A DNA stretch of 61,796 bases, filler included, from Candidatus Woesearchaeota archaeon (GTDB lineage Archaea; Nanobdellota; Nanobdellia; Woesearchaeales; GCA-2685855), in assembly GCA_002685855.1 (NCBI GenBank). It is 6 parts of 6 records of this genome, joined end to end, with 100 filler letters (N's around TTAATTAATTAA, not from the genome) between each part and the next. Parts side by side here need not be neighbours in the genome. Positions count along the whole stretch, not along the records: positions 54,609 to 61,796 come from NYYS01000025.1; 5 more parts are not named here. One strand, given 5' to 3'. Position numbers and translations under genes: made by a program. Shown here piece by piece: positions 61,534-61,796 of this stretch; the first letter of the stretch is position 1, and the number at the start of each line of letters is the position of its first letter. The notes under the pieces are model-generated. The model was not told where the DNA came from. It saw only the letters and a program-made list of their open reading frames with translations, and did not search any database.

Positions 61534-61727
61534 TTAGTGCCCCTTATACCTTTTTCTTTGATTTTATTTGTAATCTCTCGAGAAATCTCTTCACTAAAAT
61601 ACTCTTCATGACACTCTTTACAGACCAGCCCTGGAAATTTTCCAACAGAAACTCCATACAAAGAATAGTCAACATTCTCTCGAACCATCTTTGTATCGCA
61701 TTCCCAACAGCCCTCTTTTTTGTTCAT
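61530..61727 (-). CDS. YgiT/MqsA-type zinc finger protein
   Basis: CWEC..KM......G...G.F...VCKECHEEYF. Confidence 0.7.
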   Translation of the reverse strand: MNKKEGCWECDTKMVRENVDYSLYGVSVGKFPGLVCKECHEEYFSEEISREITNKIKEKGIRGTN

Positions 61728-61796
61728 TAGGGTCACCAAGTAGTATCTTCCATATAAAACTATGTGTGAGCTCTCTCCTGAATACTTGTTGTCACA

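Overview
Six concatenated contigs of an archaeal draft genome, joined by five artificial 100-bp spacers (N44-TTAATTAATTAA-N44), so genes on opposite sides of a spacer are not real neighbours. Gene content points to a small-genome DPANN archaeon, probably Woesearchaeota-like (inference): RadA, RPA, Rpo7/Spt4/S24e/S27ae, ABCE1, GluRS, EndA, RNase Z, CCA enzyme, PAC2, an archaeal pilin, plus bacterial-type GroES/GroEL and glucokinase. There is one tRNA (Thr-TGT), no rRNA and no CRISPR array. Main points of interest: (1) a large, N-terminally truncated protein fusing a Zn amidase (Amidase_2) and a lytic transglycosylase domain, i.e. a double peptidoglycan hydrolase in an archaeon; (2) a cluster of receiver-domain proteins including a REC + APH-type kinase fusion; (3) two unannotated paralogous ribbon-helix-helix microgenes behind three AGCT-centred palindromes spaced 18 bp apart, coupled to a cadherin-like surface gene; (4) structured non-coding elements: a dispersed hairpin repeat with a compensatory base change, an IS200/IS605-end-like nested hairpin, 28-bp direct repeats around a nucleotidyltransferase/beta-rich protein segment, and an SD-sequestering leader upstream of the gene before radA; (5) a candidate polymorphic toxin, a free-standing LAGLIDADG gene abutting the tRNA, and several pseudogenes. 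All family calls come from motif recognition by eye; no database searches were run.
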